The position numbers were made by a program, and so were the translations under genes. 64,000 bases of DNA from Sarea resinae (Eukaryota), in NCBI GenBank assembly GCA_026026165.1, contig JAPEUD010000006.1, positions 496,001-560,000 of the forward strand. Reading direction: 5' to 3'. Positions 13,548 through 27,482 of the stretch are shown piece by piece; the stretch's first letter is position 1; each line of letters begins with the position of its first letter. Under the pieces are notes generated by a model. It saw only the letters and a program-made list of their open reading frames with translations, made no database searches and had not been told where the DNA came from.

Positions 13548-14092
13548 GAAAACAGTATTCGTTCAGTGTCAACTTTCAAGCCATCTATAGAAATACAAAC
13601 ATTACAAACATTACAAACAACTCGACACGACACGACACGAGACATCCACCTTTCTCTGTCCTTTTCTTTTCGTTACTGTTACCGTCACTGTCACTGTTGT
13701 CTACCCCGCATCGTCCACATGACCGTTTGCTTTATTGTATTTCTCCTGGTTTTCTGCTCAAGGATAACGATAATGATGATGATGGTGGTAAGAGACAGGG
13801 AAGGGACTTGGTGAAGGAACGTGCAATGAAGGGATAGAAAACAAGGAGATAGAAAAAGACACAGCGCGCTCTCGATGCGAACTTTGCTTTCCTTTTTCTA
13901 TTCACCTGCACCTCGAAACTGGCGGCGTCGGCTCGGGAGCTAGACATACATACCGGCTTCGAGAGCCGTTTCCCTTTTTTGAATGCACATAGGATGAGGT
14001 TGATTGACTGGGTGATTGAATGATGGATTGATTCATTGATTGATTCATTGATTGATTCATTGATTGATTGATTCGATGGATGGATCTGTTTC

Positions 14093-15690
14093 TCATCTAG
14101 GTCCCAGCTTTTCCAGTGCGCGTGCCCCTTGTTCCTCCCATTCCGCCTTTGTGATCCACATGTTTTCTTTATCCGCCATCTGCAGGGTGTGCGAAAGGAA
14201 ATCAGTACATATTGAGGGGAGCATTTGAGATGAAATGGACAGGTGAAGAAAAAAAAAAGATGGGTAGGTACGGATGGAGGAGGTAAGTGGGATGGGGAAA
14301 GAGGCGGTAGACTTACGATATTGGCCAGCACGGCGCCGCCGAGGAAGACCATATGTCTCCGGCGCGGGGGATCTTCGATGCGGACCTTGAATTTCTATGT
14401 CGAGGGGTTGTATCGTTAGTACTGGACGGCACTAGACACATTACACGCATGACTCACATTCAACCTCTCTGGATTGCCCTGCAAAACTCTCGTCAACCAC
14501 AGTTGCTTCAATTCCTTCTCCAGTCGGCTCGGCAGGCCGGGATACATGCTGCTACCCCCCGAGAGCACAATAGCGCGATACAAGCTCGAGCGCACGTCGA
14601 CGTCGGCGGCTTGGATGGTGTTGAAGAGAAACTCGGCAATGCCGGGCTGTTCGACGTCCACGAGATGCGGCTGGAATAGACACTCGGGCGCCTCGAAGCG
14701 CTCGCTACCGACGCGGATGACGCGACCGTCGGGCAGGGTGTAGCTCTCGACGAGTACGGTGGTTTCTTCGGATAAGCGCTGGTCCAGCTCGAGGTCGTAG
14801 GAGACATAGCATAGTTTCTCTTTGATCTGGCGCACGGTTTCGAAGTCGGCCGTGCGGTTCAGCGCGTAGCCTCTGCGGAGGAGCAGGGCGATTAGGTTGC
14901 GCGTGACGTCGCGGCCGGCAACGTCGAGACGCCGCGTTAGGTGGTTGAGGACGGTGGATTCGTAGACGGGCACGATGTGCGTTACGCCATCGCCGGAGTC
15001 AACCACGACACCACTGCTGAGACCTACTTGCTATGAGAGGCCGATTGTGGGCTTTTGCTGAACTAGACGGGACATACCTTGTGCGTACAGAGCCAAGACG
15101 GCTTGTATGGCGACGTAGACTCCACCAAAGTTGTATCTCTCGAACATGACTTCGCACATCTGCTCTCTGTTCTTGAGGGGGTTCATGGGAGGTTCGGTGA
15201 GGAGGATCTTCCGGCCGGAGGGATCGATCTTCATCTTCTCGAAGAAGGTGTAGTCCCAGAGATGTTGCATATCATCCCACTTCTTGACGATTCCGTTTTC
15301 CATCTAGCAGGGTTTTCTATCAGTACTACCGCCGACAAAGCAGCCATCTCGAATGAGCATACAGGATAGGTGATCTGCAGCATTGACCGCGCCACTGATG
15401 CTTCCTCTCCGCACATTATATCCTTCACCACAATGTCTCCGGCTTGCTCCTCTGATCGCAGGATCGGCCGGCCCACTATCGAGGGATATTGGTGATCGGG
15501 AAAGTTCTGCAGAAAGACAATGCAATCAGTATTTCACCAATAATCGCAATTGCCCCAAAGCTCCACTCACTTGCCCGGCATATCCGGCCTTGAGGAATCC
15601 AGTCCCTCCATCCAGGACTATACGTGGACCTTGTCAGCTTGGCACTTCGAGAGCAGCAGAAGCGGGCCTACCTATTGGAGCCTCGGCCAT
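14093..15690 (-). CDS. ARP2: Actin-related protein 2 (Arp2/3 complex), multi-exon
   Basis: [65 protein letters not shown], and C-terminal [16 protein letters not shown]. Confidence 0.97.
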
Positions 15691-16231
15691 TGTGAGAATA
15701 CGAAGAGATGAGGCTGTATCCGCACGTCCAGATCCTCTCCCGCAGCAGTGTTATCAGGTATCTTGCCGCGTTTCACGATTTGTGGTCTTGTTGCGGGTGT
15801 CGATGCGGTTGCGCTGAGCCCCCGTCAGTGGAGCGGGACTTACCGAGCGAGCATGGCCCTACGTCGTAATCGGTGACGGAGACTCCACTTCACTCCGACC
15901 GCTGTAGTACCGCTACCTCATAAGGGCAAATTCCTTGCCTCGCCGTGTGTTGGACACGAAGCAATCATTGATCATCTATACTACAATGAATTCAAGGTCG
16001 CCTTTACGTGCTGAACCCCTCATGACGAAGATTCTATCAAATAAAGATTCATCCAAGGTACCAAGACGACGCCTGGCGTTCACAATTTCCGCGACATTAA
16101 TTCTTAAGACTCCTATGCTCTGTCGCTCCTTTTCAGTGACCCTCGAATTTATTCGGGAAGCATCACCACGGCTGAAATATGGCTTCAAACATGCATGCAT
16201 CCGAGACTCCATAGCCCCTCCGTCAGCACAA

Positions 16232-17876
16232 TCATAGCTTCACCCCCTCGGATTCCTCCTTCCCGCCCAAATCACAGAATGCCTTGAATGTGACAAAAGG
16301 TTCGTCGCCAGTGCTCTCGAGCACGCATTCGGCAGTAGCGCCAGCAAAGTAGACATATCCTGGTTTCACCTCCTCCGTCTTCGGTCCGACGCTAATCTTG
16401 CCTTCGCCAGAAGTGCAGATGAAGATGCTGGGGCCAGCTATCCCCTCGAAGGTAGCCTTGGCCGACTTCTTGTTCAGGTCGGTTTTGACAACGCTGAACT
16501 CGTCGATCGGTGGATCGTAAAGAATGGAAGACGAGCTCGAGGTATAAGCACTCAACGAAAGGGTCACGTAGGGGTAATCGACGGGATCCATTTTCTGCTC
16601 AGAGATAGGCGCGTACGAGTAGGTGAGCATGGAGGTCAAAGTAGACACATCCTTGAATTTTGGCGTGAAGCCGGCGCGCACAACATTGTCAGATGAGGCC
16701 ATGCATTCAATGATATCTGAGCAGTAATTATCAGCAAAATTCATTCGGTCTGGCGAACGGAAGAGTTACCTCCACTTAAATAAGCATGGATGTCATCAGC
16801 CTTCAGGAACATAGCTTCGCCAGGCGACATCTTCACATAATTGAGGAAGAATAACACAAAAAGCCCTATGTCTTCTGGGAATTGCGTGTTAAGTCGAATG
16901 ACAAGGTCACTGAGTTCCTTTCCCGAGTTCGAGGGTCCGCCTTCTCCAGCAAAATCGCTACCCTCGCTTCCTGCTGCAGCAACGAGCTCTTTGGACTTAG
17001 ATGCAACTGCATCCCTATCGGCATTCATCAGAGCTGTAAATGCCTCTTGGAGAGCCTTCTTATTGGATTCGACGTCCTCTTTCTTCTCTGACGTTTCGCG
17101 GCCTTTTACGGAGCTCTCGAATTTCTTTGCGGCATCTTCGCCAAGGAGCGTTCGGAAAGACGGTACAGTGGCTAGGAAATGCGAGATTTCCTCAAGAGGG
17201 CGAAAACCGCACAAACCATCGAACGGCGTGATGGCGATCGTCATTTCTGGCTTGTGGTTATCGTCTGCCGAAAATTAATCTTCTGTGCACATTTGTTGCT
17301 CTGTTGTGCTGAATACAAACCGGGGTAATTTTTGGGGTCCTTCTCATGCAACTTCTCCGCAAGCTTCTTGTTCGGGTGAGCTTGAATGCTCAGAGCTTTT
17401 CGTATCGACAACACCTTGAAGAGGAAAGGAAGCTTTTGCTGATAGCGTTCGCCGACGTCCGTCGACATCAACGCTTGGTTGTCTTGAACCAAGTCCAATA
17501 GTGTCCGCTGGGTCTCTAAATCTCGAGACGGCAACGAGGGATGTGTGCCCATCCATAGCTAGAGCGTCTCAATTAGTCGGAGAAGTCAAATCGTTCGTGT
17601 TGCCCCCACCTCCGCATATGGCTTTTGTTCCTCAATGGAGAAACCTTGTGACGGTGTGGCCGCAGCGTATTTGGCTGCCGCTGATTCATGGCCGACCTTG
17701 CCTTGGTTCGATTAGAAGGCTGAAGTCTTGTGGGCCCCGAAAGAGTCTTGAAAGAGAGCATACCCCAATCGTAGCTGTTGACGCCTGGGAACGAGATCAA
17801 TCAGCTGGAGACCCGACCGCAGCATGGAGGGGTATGTATTACCGCATTGCAGACGAAAGAGTGGTATAGCTGGCAT
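16232..17876 (-). CDS. PMI40: Mannose-6-phosphate isomerase (type I PMI), multi-exon
   Basis: [81 protein letters not shown]. Confidence 0.96.
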
Positions 17877-18493
17877 GATGAAAGATTCACGAGAGAAGTC
17901 GGTACTGGGGAAGGAAGAGCAGGAATTTCGCAAGCAGATATAACACGACCCTACGACGTTCAAGGTGGGCTGTCTACTGCCCGTATCTTACTTGAGATAT
18001 ATTCTTGAGAGTGGTACCCTGTTGAGCTGGCGGCCAGCGATATGACGAAGAGGGTAAGTGCCGTCCGAGATGCATCCTGGTTGCGGCAACTCACCCCACT
18101 ACTAGCGGTGTCAACTTGCCAAATCCACTGCATGTACTACATACTACTACGTAGTATCTTCGTCGCTTCAGAGCGCAGTCTAGCACGAGCGATTAGGCAA
18201 GGGAGGGAAGCCGTCGCCTTCTTCGCATCTTCGCATCTTCGCCATTTTCGCTTATTGAGCGAATCACACGCATCAGATCCCGGCTGATCTCCAAGGCCGC
18301 GGCCCAGCACAGTGATATGGAATAGCCGCTCTTCTGTTTCTGCCATGATCATGATGACTGTAAGGCCAACAACTCCCACTATGGCGCATCAATATATCAC
18401 ATGATGTATGGTCTGCCGACAGAGAACGCTAGATCAAGGGGATGAGCCCGTATACTCGACAGAGAACAACTGTGCAGAAGGCATATCAAAGTC

Positions 18494-20051
18494 ATGTCCG
18501 CTCGCAATAGACCCCGGGGGTCCCAGATCAAAGACGATGGAGCCGACGCCCACGAGGAGTTGACCATCTGGAAACAGCTGAATGGGGACATTGGGAAGCT
18601 TAAGACCTTGAACCAGAGAGCCGCTGAAGTTTCTGAAGAGATACTGAAGATCGAGGCAAAGCTGGGCGCTGATACCGGTGAGTGCCTTTTGTCTCCTATA
18701 TGCCTCGTTTGAGGTATTCAATTGTCGACCCTTCCTCTCTTTCCCGCGCTTCTTAAGTTTCTTCGTCACGTGGCATTCTCTTACACCTCGAATCATTTGG
18801 CTATCATCACACAACATCCATCCCATGAACTCATTGGAGCTGGAGCACTTCTTGATATACATTGTCCATGACCTCAAGTTCATTCATGCCACGGCCCTCG
18901 ATATTGAGAGGCATCTGTGGTACCGTATCGCATTTCAATATCCCTTCACAGTAGTTAAAACTGTATCGTTTCCGGTCTCAGCCATCAAAAGCCTCTCATG
19001 TACGTTTCAGTCCCCTTATGCTTTGCTATTTATCGTACTCTGTATATCCCCTCTCTTTGAATGGTGGCCTCGCTGTCCTTATACGTAGCCTTGTTTGTCA
19101 CTTTAGCTTTTGTTGGTTCAGATTGAAGTCTTCACGCCCGGGTCGCTGTGGGACTGCGGCGAAAGACTTGTCAAAAATTAACACGAGCAAAGACCTGACG
19201 TCAATCCAGCTCCAACCATCGCCGAAATCGACGCCCTTCAGCACCTTTACAGAGAAGGTCTCAAGCTCGCGGAAGAGGAGCAGAAAATCTTAAACGAAGA
19301 ACCCAACGACGTGATCAAGAATATTGGCATCCTAACAGCCCTACGAAATGCCAGCGAAATTGACCCTCCGCGTGCCGCGAACGTCAAGTCCAGAAACCAA
19401 AAGCGCAAGTTCGACGCCGACGGCTCTGTCGAGTCGCCTGGTCCCTCTCCCAGCGTTTCATCGACCGCCTCTCGTTTCAAGGGTGCAAGCGTAAGAAGCG
19501 GTTCCGTCCCTTCGGCGACCAGAGACGGCAGAGATGCGTCGTTAAAGCTCGAGGATGGCGATATTAGTAAAGGCGCTATGGCTGAGCGGATGGGAGGCCT
19601 AATCGTCGGCGCGGATGTTGCCTACAAGCAGAGCAAGGCGAAAGGAGTAGAGGGGGATTGGATTCAATGCACCATCCAGAACATTGTTGGCGATGGGAAC
19701 AAGAAACGGTATTGTCTCTCTGCACCGCAAGTCCAAGCATCCAAGCAGGGTTGTTAATTCCGATACTCTAGATTTGAGGTTCAAGACGCTGCTCCGGAAG
19801 ACAGTGGAACCTACAAGACATCGGCTGCTTCACTCATTCCCATTCAAAAACCTGGGATCCCGCTACCCGACTATCCCAAGGGCAAACAAGTACTCGGGCT
19901 CTATCCCGATACGACGTGTTTCTACCGAGCCGAGGTGGTCAGCACTAACAAGAAAGACAATACCTGTAAGCTGCGATTTGAAGGAGAGGAGGAGCTCAAC
20001 AAGGAGGTCGATGTCGAAAGACGTTTTGTTCTTGATCTTCCTGGACGATGA
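18494..20051 (+). CDS. SGF29: SAGA-associated factor 29 (coiled coil plus tandem Tudor), 3 exons
   Basis: N-terminal coiled coil, then a Tudor region: GADVAYKQ..GDWIQCTI..KR|FEVQD..KQVLGLYPDTTCFYRAEV..LRFEGEEE..VERRFVLD. Confidence 0.92.
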
Positions 20052-20688
20052 GGATTTCGGGGAAAGGCGTTACGTAGACATATTGTGGGTCGAACTTGTA
20101 AGCTTTTGAGAGGAGGTGCAGACGATCAATGACTCTCTCTTCTGGGCATTCTAGATTCAAGCTCTTAGAGGAGGAATGGGCCTCTGCACCGACTACCATG
20201 TTGGAATATAGTATTTCGAGTAGGATCAGGTACTTTGCGCGCGCCACTAAGCTACTGCATTTCTCAAGAGAACGAGGTCGAAAACACCCGCGAAGAGACT
20301 GGCTAATATGGGCTATCTTGTATGGTAGATGTGCGTATCTCCATGTTTACACCTTGAAACCGCTCTACGCTTTGCATCTCTTCAGCAGCTATCGAGGTAC
20401 TTCGTATTCCGTACCGACGGATAGAGAGTGAATTTGTCTGCGCCGCGAACCAGCAGCTCCGACGCAGCGGTCCGCCGTCTCGTCTCTTCTCGCTTCCTCA
20501 CCGCCCTGGACCACAAACAAACCCAAGTCCAGCTCCATCGCAACAACGTTGGAAGCTCCAGCAGTGCACCACACCCACCGAGGTAAATCAGCGCACTGCG
20601 AGCCATTGCGCATCGCCTCAACCGCGAGCGTTTTGATTTTGTACATACACGCTACGCTGCAGCCGCTGCCACCACCGCGCCACCCACC

Positions 20689-21587
20689 ATGCCTCCCAAA
20701 TCCTCCAAAGGGGAATATATCGAGACCGTGAATCCCCTTTCCCCCTCCCCCTCCCCCCTCCCCCAAAAGCTTTACCAAGCCTTTCCTCCTCTGCAGAGAA
20801 ACCCAGGACTGACAGCCCGCCCCAACTGCAGGATACAGGCAACAAAGTATCGCGCCGGTCCCAGATCCACGGGACCCAGCACATCATCCTAGGCGGCAAA
20901 ACCGTGATCCAAGCCGACGTCTGCATCCGCGGCGACCTATGCCGGCTCTCGACGCCGTCGCAGCCTCCACCACCGACCAGCACGGCGTCTTCGGGCGCGT
21001 CGTCTCTGCACCCGTCTTCGGCGGCGGCGGCGGCGGCGGCGGCGAAACAGTCGCGCTCACACGGCCACGCGGCCGCGCAACAGCAACAGCAGCAGCAGCA
21101 GCCGCACGTGTCGATTTCCATAGGGCGGTATACGCTGCTCTCGCCGCACAGCGTCTTGCACCCGCCCTCGCGACCGAGCCGGACGCCTCTCCCTCTCCCC
21201 GCTCCCTCAACCACCTCGACCTCGACCTCGACCTCCTTATCCATCCCCTCAGCAACCCCGTCAGCAACCCCCACCCCAACACCAACCTACACGCCCCTCA
21301 AAATCGGCGACCACGTGCACATCCACGCGTCCTGCACCATCTCGGCCGCGGTCATCGGGTCCTACGTGACCATCGGCGCGGGGGCCGTGCTGGGCAAGTT
21401 CGTGGTCGTCAAGGACTACGTGCGGATCCTCGAGGGCGCCGTCGTGCCGGAGCGCATGGTCGTGCCCAGCTGGTGCGTGGTTGGCGGGAACCCGGCGAGG
21501 GTGGTCGGCGAGGTCGGCGATGGCTGGGGCGTGCTCCCTGGGGCCGAGGGCGGGGATCTGAGGGAGGTTGTCAGGGGGGTGAGTTAG
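20689..21587 (+). CDS. DCTN5: Dynactin subunit 5 (p25), left-handed beta-helix, one intron
   Basis: MPPKSSKGEYIET|DTGNKVSRRSQIHGTQHIILGGKTVIQADVCIRGDL, then LKIGDHVHI..IGSYVTIG..VVGGNPARVVGE. Confidence 0.92.
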
Positions 21588-22503
21588 GCGTTTGTCCGCT
21601 GTCCGCTGTCCGCTGTCCGCCGTATCAGGCGAGAAAGAAGGGGGGAGGTGGATATGATACGATGGGATGGGACAGTAACAGTAGAGTCAAGGCGAAGGGC
21701 GGGACCAAAAATAGTAGTGTAGCTACATACCTACACTGAGCGAGCAGGGCGGGCGAACACGGCCAGCAGAGCAGGCAGAGCAGGCATGACAGGACAGGAC
21801 AGGACAGGACGGGACGGACAGATGGATAGATATCATATACCCGGAGTTTACGGCGTCCATTTAATCTCCATGCAAGCCCAGGAACTTCTAAAGGTAACGA
21901 GTAGAGCAGAGCAGAGCAGAGCAACATCAAACATCAAACATCAACGTGTGAAACATCAACGCGTGAGACTGACTGACTGACCGTCCTATCTAAAAGCCGA
22001 GTTGCGTCGAGCTGGATGGATGAAGCTACAGTAAGATAAGTCGAGTAGTCTCATCGTCACTAAAAACACCAAGCTTTCACTCTATTCCCCCCCACCACCA
22101 CCCAATGCATACATACACTTACACATCATACATACATACATGGGTCCCCCCAAACAAATCCCCAATTCAACTTATTATTCCATCATTTCTTTTCTTTTCT
22201 GTTTTTTTTTTTCCTTTTTTCTTTTCACGTCGATATTTATTCCATGGAGGCTTTGCGTGGAGTAGGTAGGTAGGTAGGTAGTCTAATCCCAACCGCCGAC
22301 CCTCAGATCAGAGAAAAGCATAGCCCCCTTTCCCCCCCCCTCCCCCCCACACCCCTCCAACAAACAAAACTATCTCCGATGATGCCGGGTGCCATGTCAT
22401 GCCATTAACTTTACTTTGCCGTAGCCCTTTTCTTTATTTTTTTTTACGAAAGAGAGCACGAGGTAAGGTACACGTACTGAGACCTTGTACTGCAGCCCCC
22501 GAG

Positions 22504-22610
<107 letters not shown>

Positions 22611-23212
22611 ACCGCCAAGATGGAAGGGTGGATGGATGGATGGATGGATGGAGAAAACTAATAAAAAAGGTTGAAAGCTGGAATGGATGAACCAGCAGGG
22701 ATCAAGGAAAGAACGAAAAGGAAACGCGAGGACCGGGAAAATCGAAATCGGGACACGGTACAAAGACGAAGAGAGAAGAGACAAAAGCAACGCTCGAATG
22801 GTGGTATCAATCAATCAGACGATAATCAATCAATCATTGGATGGACGGGTTGGTGGTCGACCAAGCAGGTCGGAAGGCGAAAACAGAAATTGAGAACGTG
22901 AGATTGGTGAGAGGCGATAACGCATGCTTCCGGCTTGGAAGCGGCGCAGGTGGGTGTCAGCGCCACTGCCGGGTATGAGGCAACGGAGAGCATTATTGGC
23001 TTGGACGGAAGATTGACAAAGGCGGCGGAGGCAGTGGTTTGGCTTATTCAATGTGAAAATCCGAAAAGATGCGCCGCGGACGTCGATGCGGCGCATCAAG
23101 CTTCTCTTTCAGACTCCAGACACGCTATGCGAACTGGAAAAGAGGGCGACTCAATCGTACAGGCGGGCATCGGAAAGCAGAAATGGTCGAGCGTGGTGGT
23201 CGGCGCTTCAGT

Positions 23213-24156
<944 letters not shown>

Positions 24157-26194
24157 GTTGGCGGATTGAGGCTGGAGAGGGCGGCTTCAGCGAGAGATGG
24201 ACACGATATTGGCTCAGAGGAGAAGCCGGCAATTGGAGAGGGAAGAGGTCGAACGGTGCACGATCCAAGGTGCCTGGGGAAGAGGGGTGTCTGCACGAAG
24301 GATGTGAACGCAAAGGGTATTATTGATTAGTGGTTCGACACCAGGTCGACGTCAGTGCGCAAGCGTGCAAGTGTAGCGATGAACGACGGCAACGGAAACG
24401 GAGAAGGCAGTTCAAGCCACTGCGATGAACGAGGGATGTCCCAGGATGTCTGTACGGCGCAGTATGTGCGTGCGGAGGGAGGCAGAATATGCAAGGCAAG
24501 GGATTTGGGGCTCCAAAAGATCGAGGCCGTGAACGTGAACAATGATACTCGCGAGTATTCGTACTCCGCAGTCGTACAGGCGCGTTGAACCCCTAACACT
24601 TGGTTGCAACCTGCAATTTGCTGATCCGAGCGAGGATGGAGATTGGATGAGATTGGATGAGATTGGATCCGATAGGGGAAGGGGGCGGTACCGCGTAAGG
24701 GAGGCACCTCAGAGCTGCGCAGTACAGTACGTAGTAGTATCTCTCGCTTACTCTTAGTTAGGGTCTGTGTCCGAGCGTGCCTGAATCCTGCAGGGAACGA
24801 AATGAAACACCATCATCATCAGCATTGATGATGATAATGATGATGACTGTACGAATGCATACCTTACCGTACTTGACTCGACAGTCCCCGTGTTCTGTTG
24901 TGTATCAGATGCCACGTGTAGCCGGAGCGGCGAAACGAACACGGAACAGCGTACATAGGTAGTACTACCAGGGACCTCAACAATGTTGTTGTTTCATCTA
25001 CTACTCCGGAGTACTACTGATTATTCCGCCCATCTACTTCAGTATCTCATCTACATAGTAATGGAACCCGTGCGGCTATTCGTACTCGACGGGGTCAATC
25101 CACGTCCTCGTTCGTCCTCGTCGACGTGGATTGATTCATGGTAGCAACGGCTGCAACCCGGTCGGTCTGGTCCCTGCATGCTGCAGGAATCCCCCAGCCC
25201 ACGTGTGTAGAAGACTCGTCGCTTGGATGATTGTTGCTACCGAGACACCAATGTCGCACTCTCGAACGGCTTCCCTTTCCCGACCAACGGCCTCTGCGGC
25301 TTCAGCGAAACCACAAGATTCAGCTTCGTCTGATACGATACGACGGTCTGGTACAGGTTCCGGGATACTTGATGCCCCGTCATCGCAGTCGGAGGAGCCA
25401 CCTCGCGTCTACCTCTGGACGACCAGCAACAGCGCTCATAGGATGGGTCATGTGCGCCAAGTAAGCCTCAATACGTGACAGCTCTGATCTTGAGAGCACA
25501 AACGGATGAGCGAAGCGCGTCCATCATGTCTGCTCAAAAGAAGTTACGTGTATATTGTGAGTGGTAGAGCAATGGATGACCCATCCGCTTTGATGATTCA
25601 ATGGTGCATTTTCGGTAATTAGACAGATCCATGAGGGATCTCTACTCGTAAGATTCTCTATTCCGATGGGGCAACCCAAGCTCTCTGGTACGCGTCCTGA
25701 GGGTGAACTGAATGGCTACCTTAGGTTAGGGGACATGTAGTCTTGTCTCCATAGGTATGTTTGATCCAATCGTGGCGTTTGCGTAGGCTTGGGATGTATA
25801 CATGGATGTTGTAGGATGAGCAAGCGGAGATGATAAGCGCGATGTGATTATTATGTCACTTGACCAGACCAACGCGCGCGGGATTCCCTTGTATCGACAC
25901 CAGACCATCGGTTTCCGGAAGATCCGGTCAACTGCGTCCTTTCCTTGGGGTCTGAGGCTTGGTTGGCCATATTTATGTACTGCAACTCTTGCCTGGGCGA
26001 CAAATCATCCCTCAAACTCATCTTACCGAGGACACGTATCAATCGCTTCCAGAAAAGGTACTCTGCCCAGAGCTAAAGAAGCCACTCCTTCTCGGGCTTT
26101 AGGCCTACCGCATGATTATCTCTGTCTGCGGCAGGGCGGACGGGTATGCTTCTCCTAGTCGTGAGAAGACCGCGGGACTCCAACATACAAGCGC

Positions 26195-27482
26195 TCATCC
26201 TTCCTTCAGACGCTTCGCGGGCCGCCCCACCGCACTGTCGTCAGGCAGGCCGCTCCGTTTCGTGCCGGGTAGACTGGCAGTGCGGATATCGTTATCGTCC
26301 TGACTGACTCTGCGGCGCGGATACTCTGTCTTCATTCCCTCAAAGCAGTTGGCGCTGACCTTGTCGTCGCCGTGAGCAGCGAAGTAAGGATGCTCGAGAG
26401 CTTGTTTGGCAGTAAGTCGTTTGTTGGGATCGTATTCGAGGAGGCCAGAAAGGAGTGCGAAACACTCGCGTCCTGGGGAGGCGGAGAGCGGAGAAGCTGG
26501 GTAGCCTGCTGATTTGATGGTCTGAGTGTACCACGCTTCTAGACCTTGAGGTTTCGGGGTACGGGGATTATTGGCAGCTGCAGAGAGTGATTGCAGCTGT
26601 GAATATTCTGGCTGGGAAATGAGACCGGGCCAGCGGTCTTTCGTCGGCACACCGAGGATCTCAATGATCTTCTGCATTTGGTTGCGTTGGAAAGGGACGG
26701 TTTTCTTGGAATCCATTTTGGCTTCTTCGCCTTTGAAGATGGGGCGCAGAGACAGGAGCTCAGCAAGAATGCAGCCAACGGCCCACATGTCCACGGCGGG
26801 TGTGTAATGCCTACTACCGAGGAGAAGTTCGGGGGCCCGATACCAGATTGTGACGACGACCTTGTCGCCGTTGAAAAGAGAGTGAAGGGGCTTGTAGAAG
26901 AGGCGAGCGAGTCCCAGATCGCCGATTTTGACTTCGCCTTGACTGGTCACCATGATGTTGGCGGGTTTGAGATCGCGGTGGAGAACCCAGTTGCTATGGA
27001 GATATTGGATGCCATTCAGGAGTTGAAATAAGATGCTCCGTATGGTGGGAGCGGGAATTGCGTGCCGAGTAGGCTGTGTATGGTGATGGATGATCTGGAG
27101 AAGGTCGTGTTCTGCGTATTCAAAGACCATGAAAATGCACTTGTCCTCGAGGATGATCTCGACGAGATGAATGACGTTTGGGTGAGAGAGCTCGGAACAC
27201 AATGCCATTTCTCGACATGCTGATTGAGATATGCCCGTATACTGGATTACTTCGCCCTCTTTATCGGGCTTGAATCTAAGGTTTTGCGTACGTTAGTCTG
27301 TCCCTTCGAGATGCTCGTCTTCAAAGACAAAGAGCGACTCACTTCTTGATGGCAAACTCTCCCGCCTGTCCGGTTCTGCCGACGGCCTTGTAGACTCGTC
27401 CATACGTCCCACTACTGATGAAGCCTATGACCTTGTATCGGTCTTGGACCTGGACCTTGCTTCTGTAAGCACCCGCGGGCAT
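26195..27482 (-). CDS. SSN3: Mediator kinase CDK8/Ssn3 (one intron; an additional 5' exon cannot be excluded)
   Basis: [73 protein letters not shown]. Confidence 0.96.
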
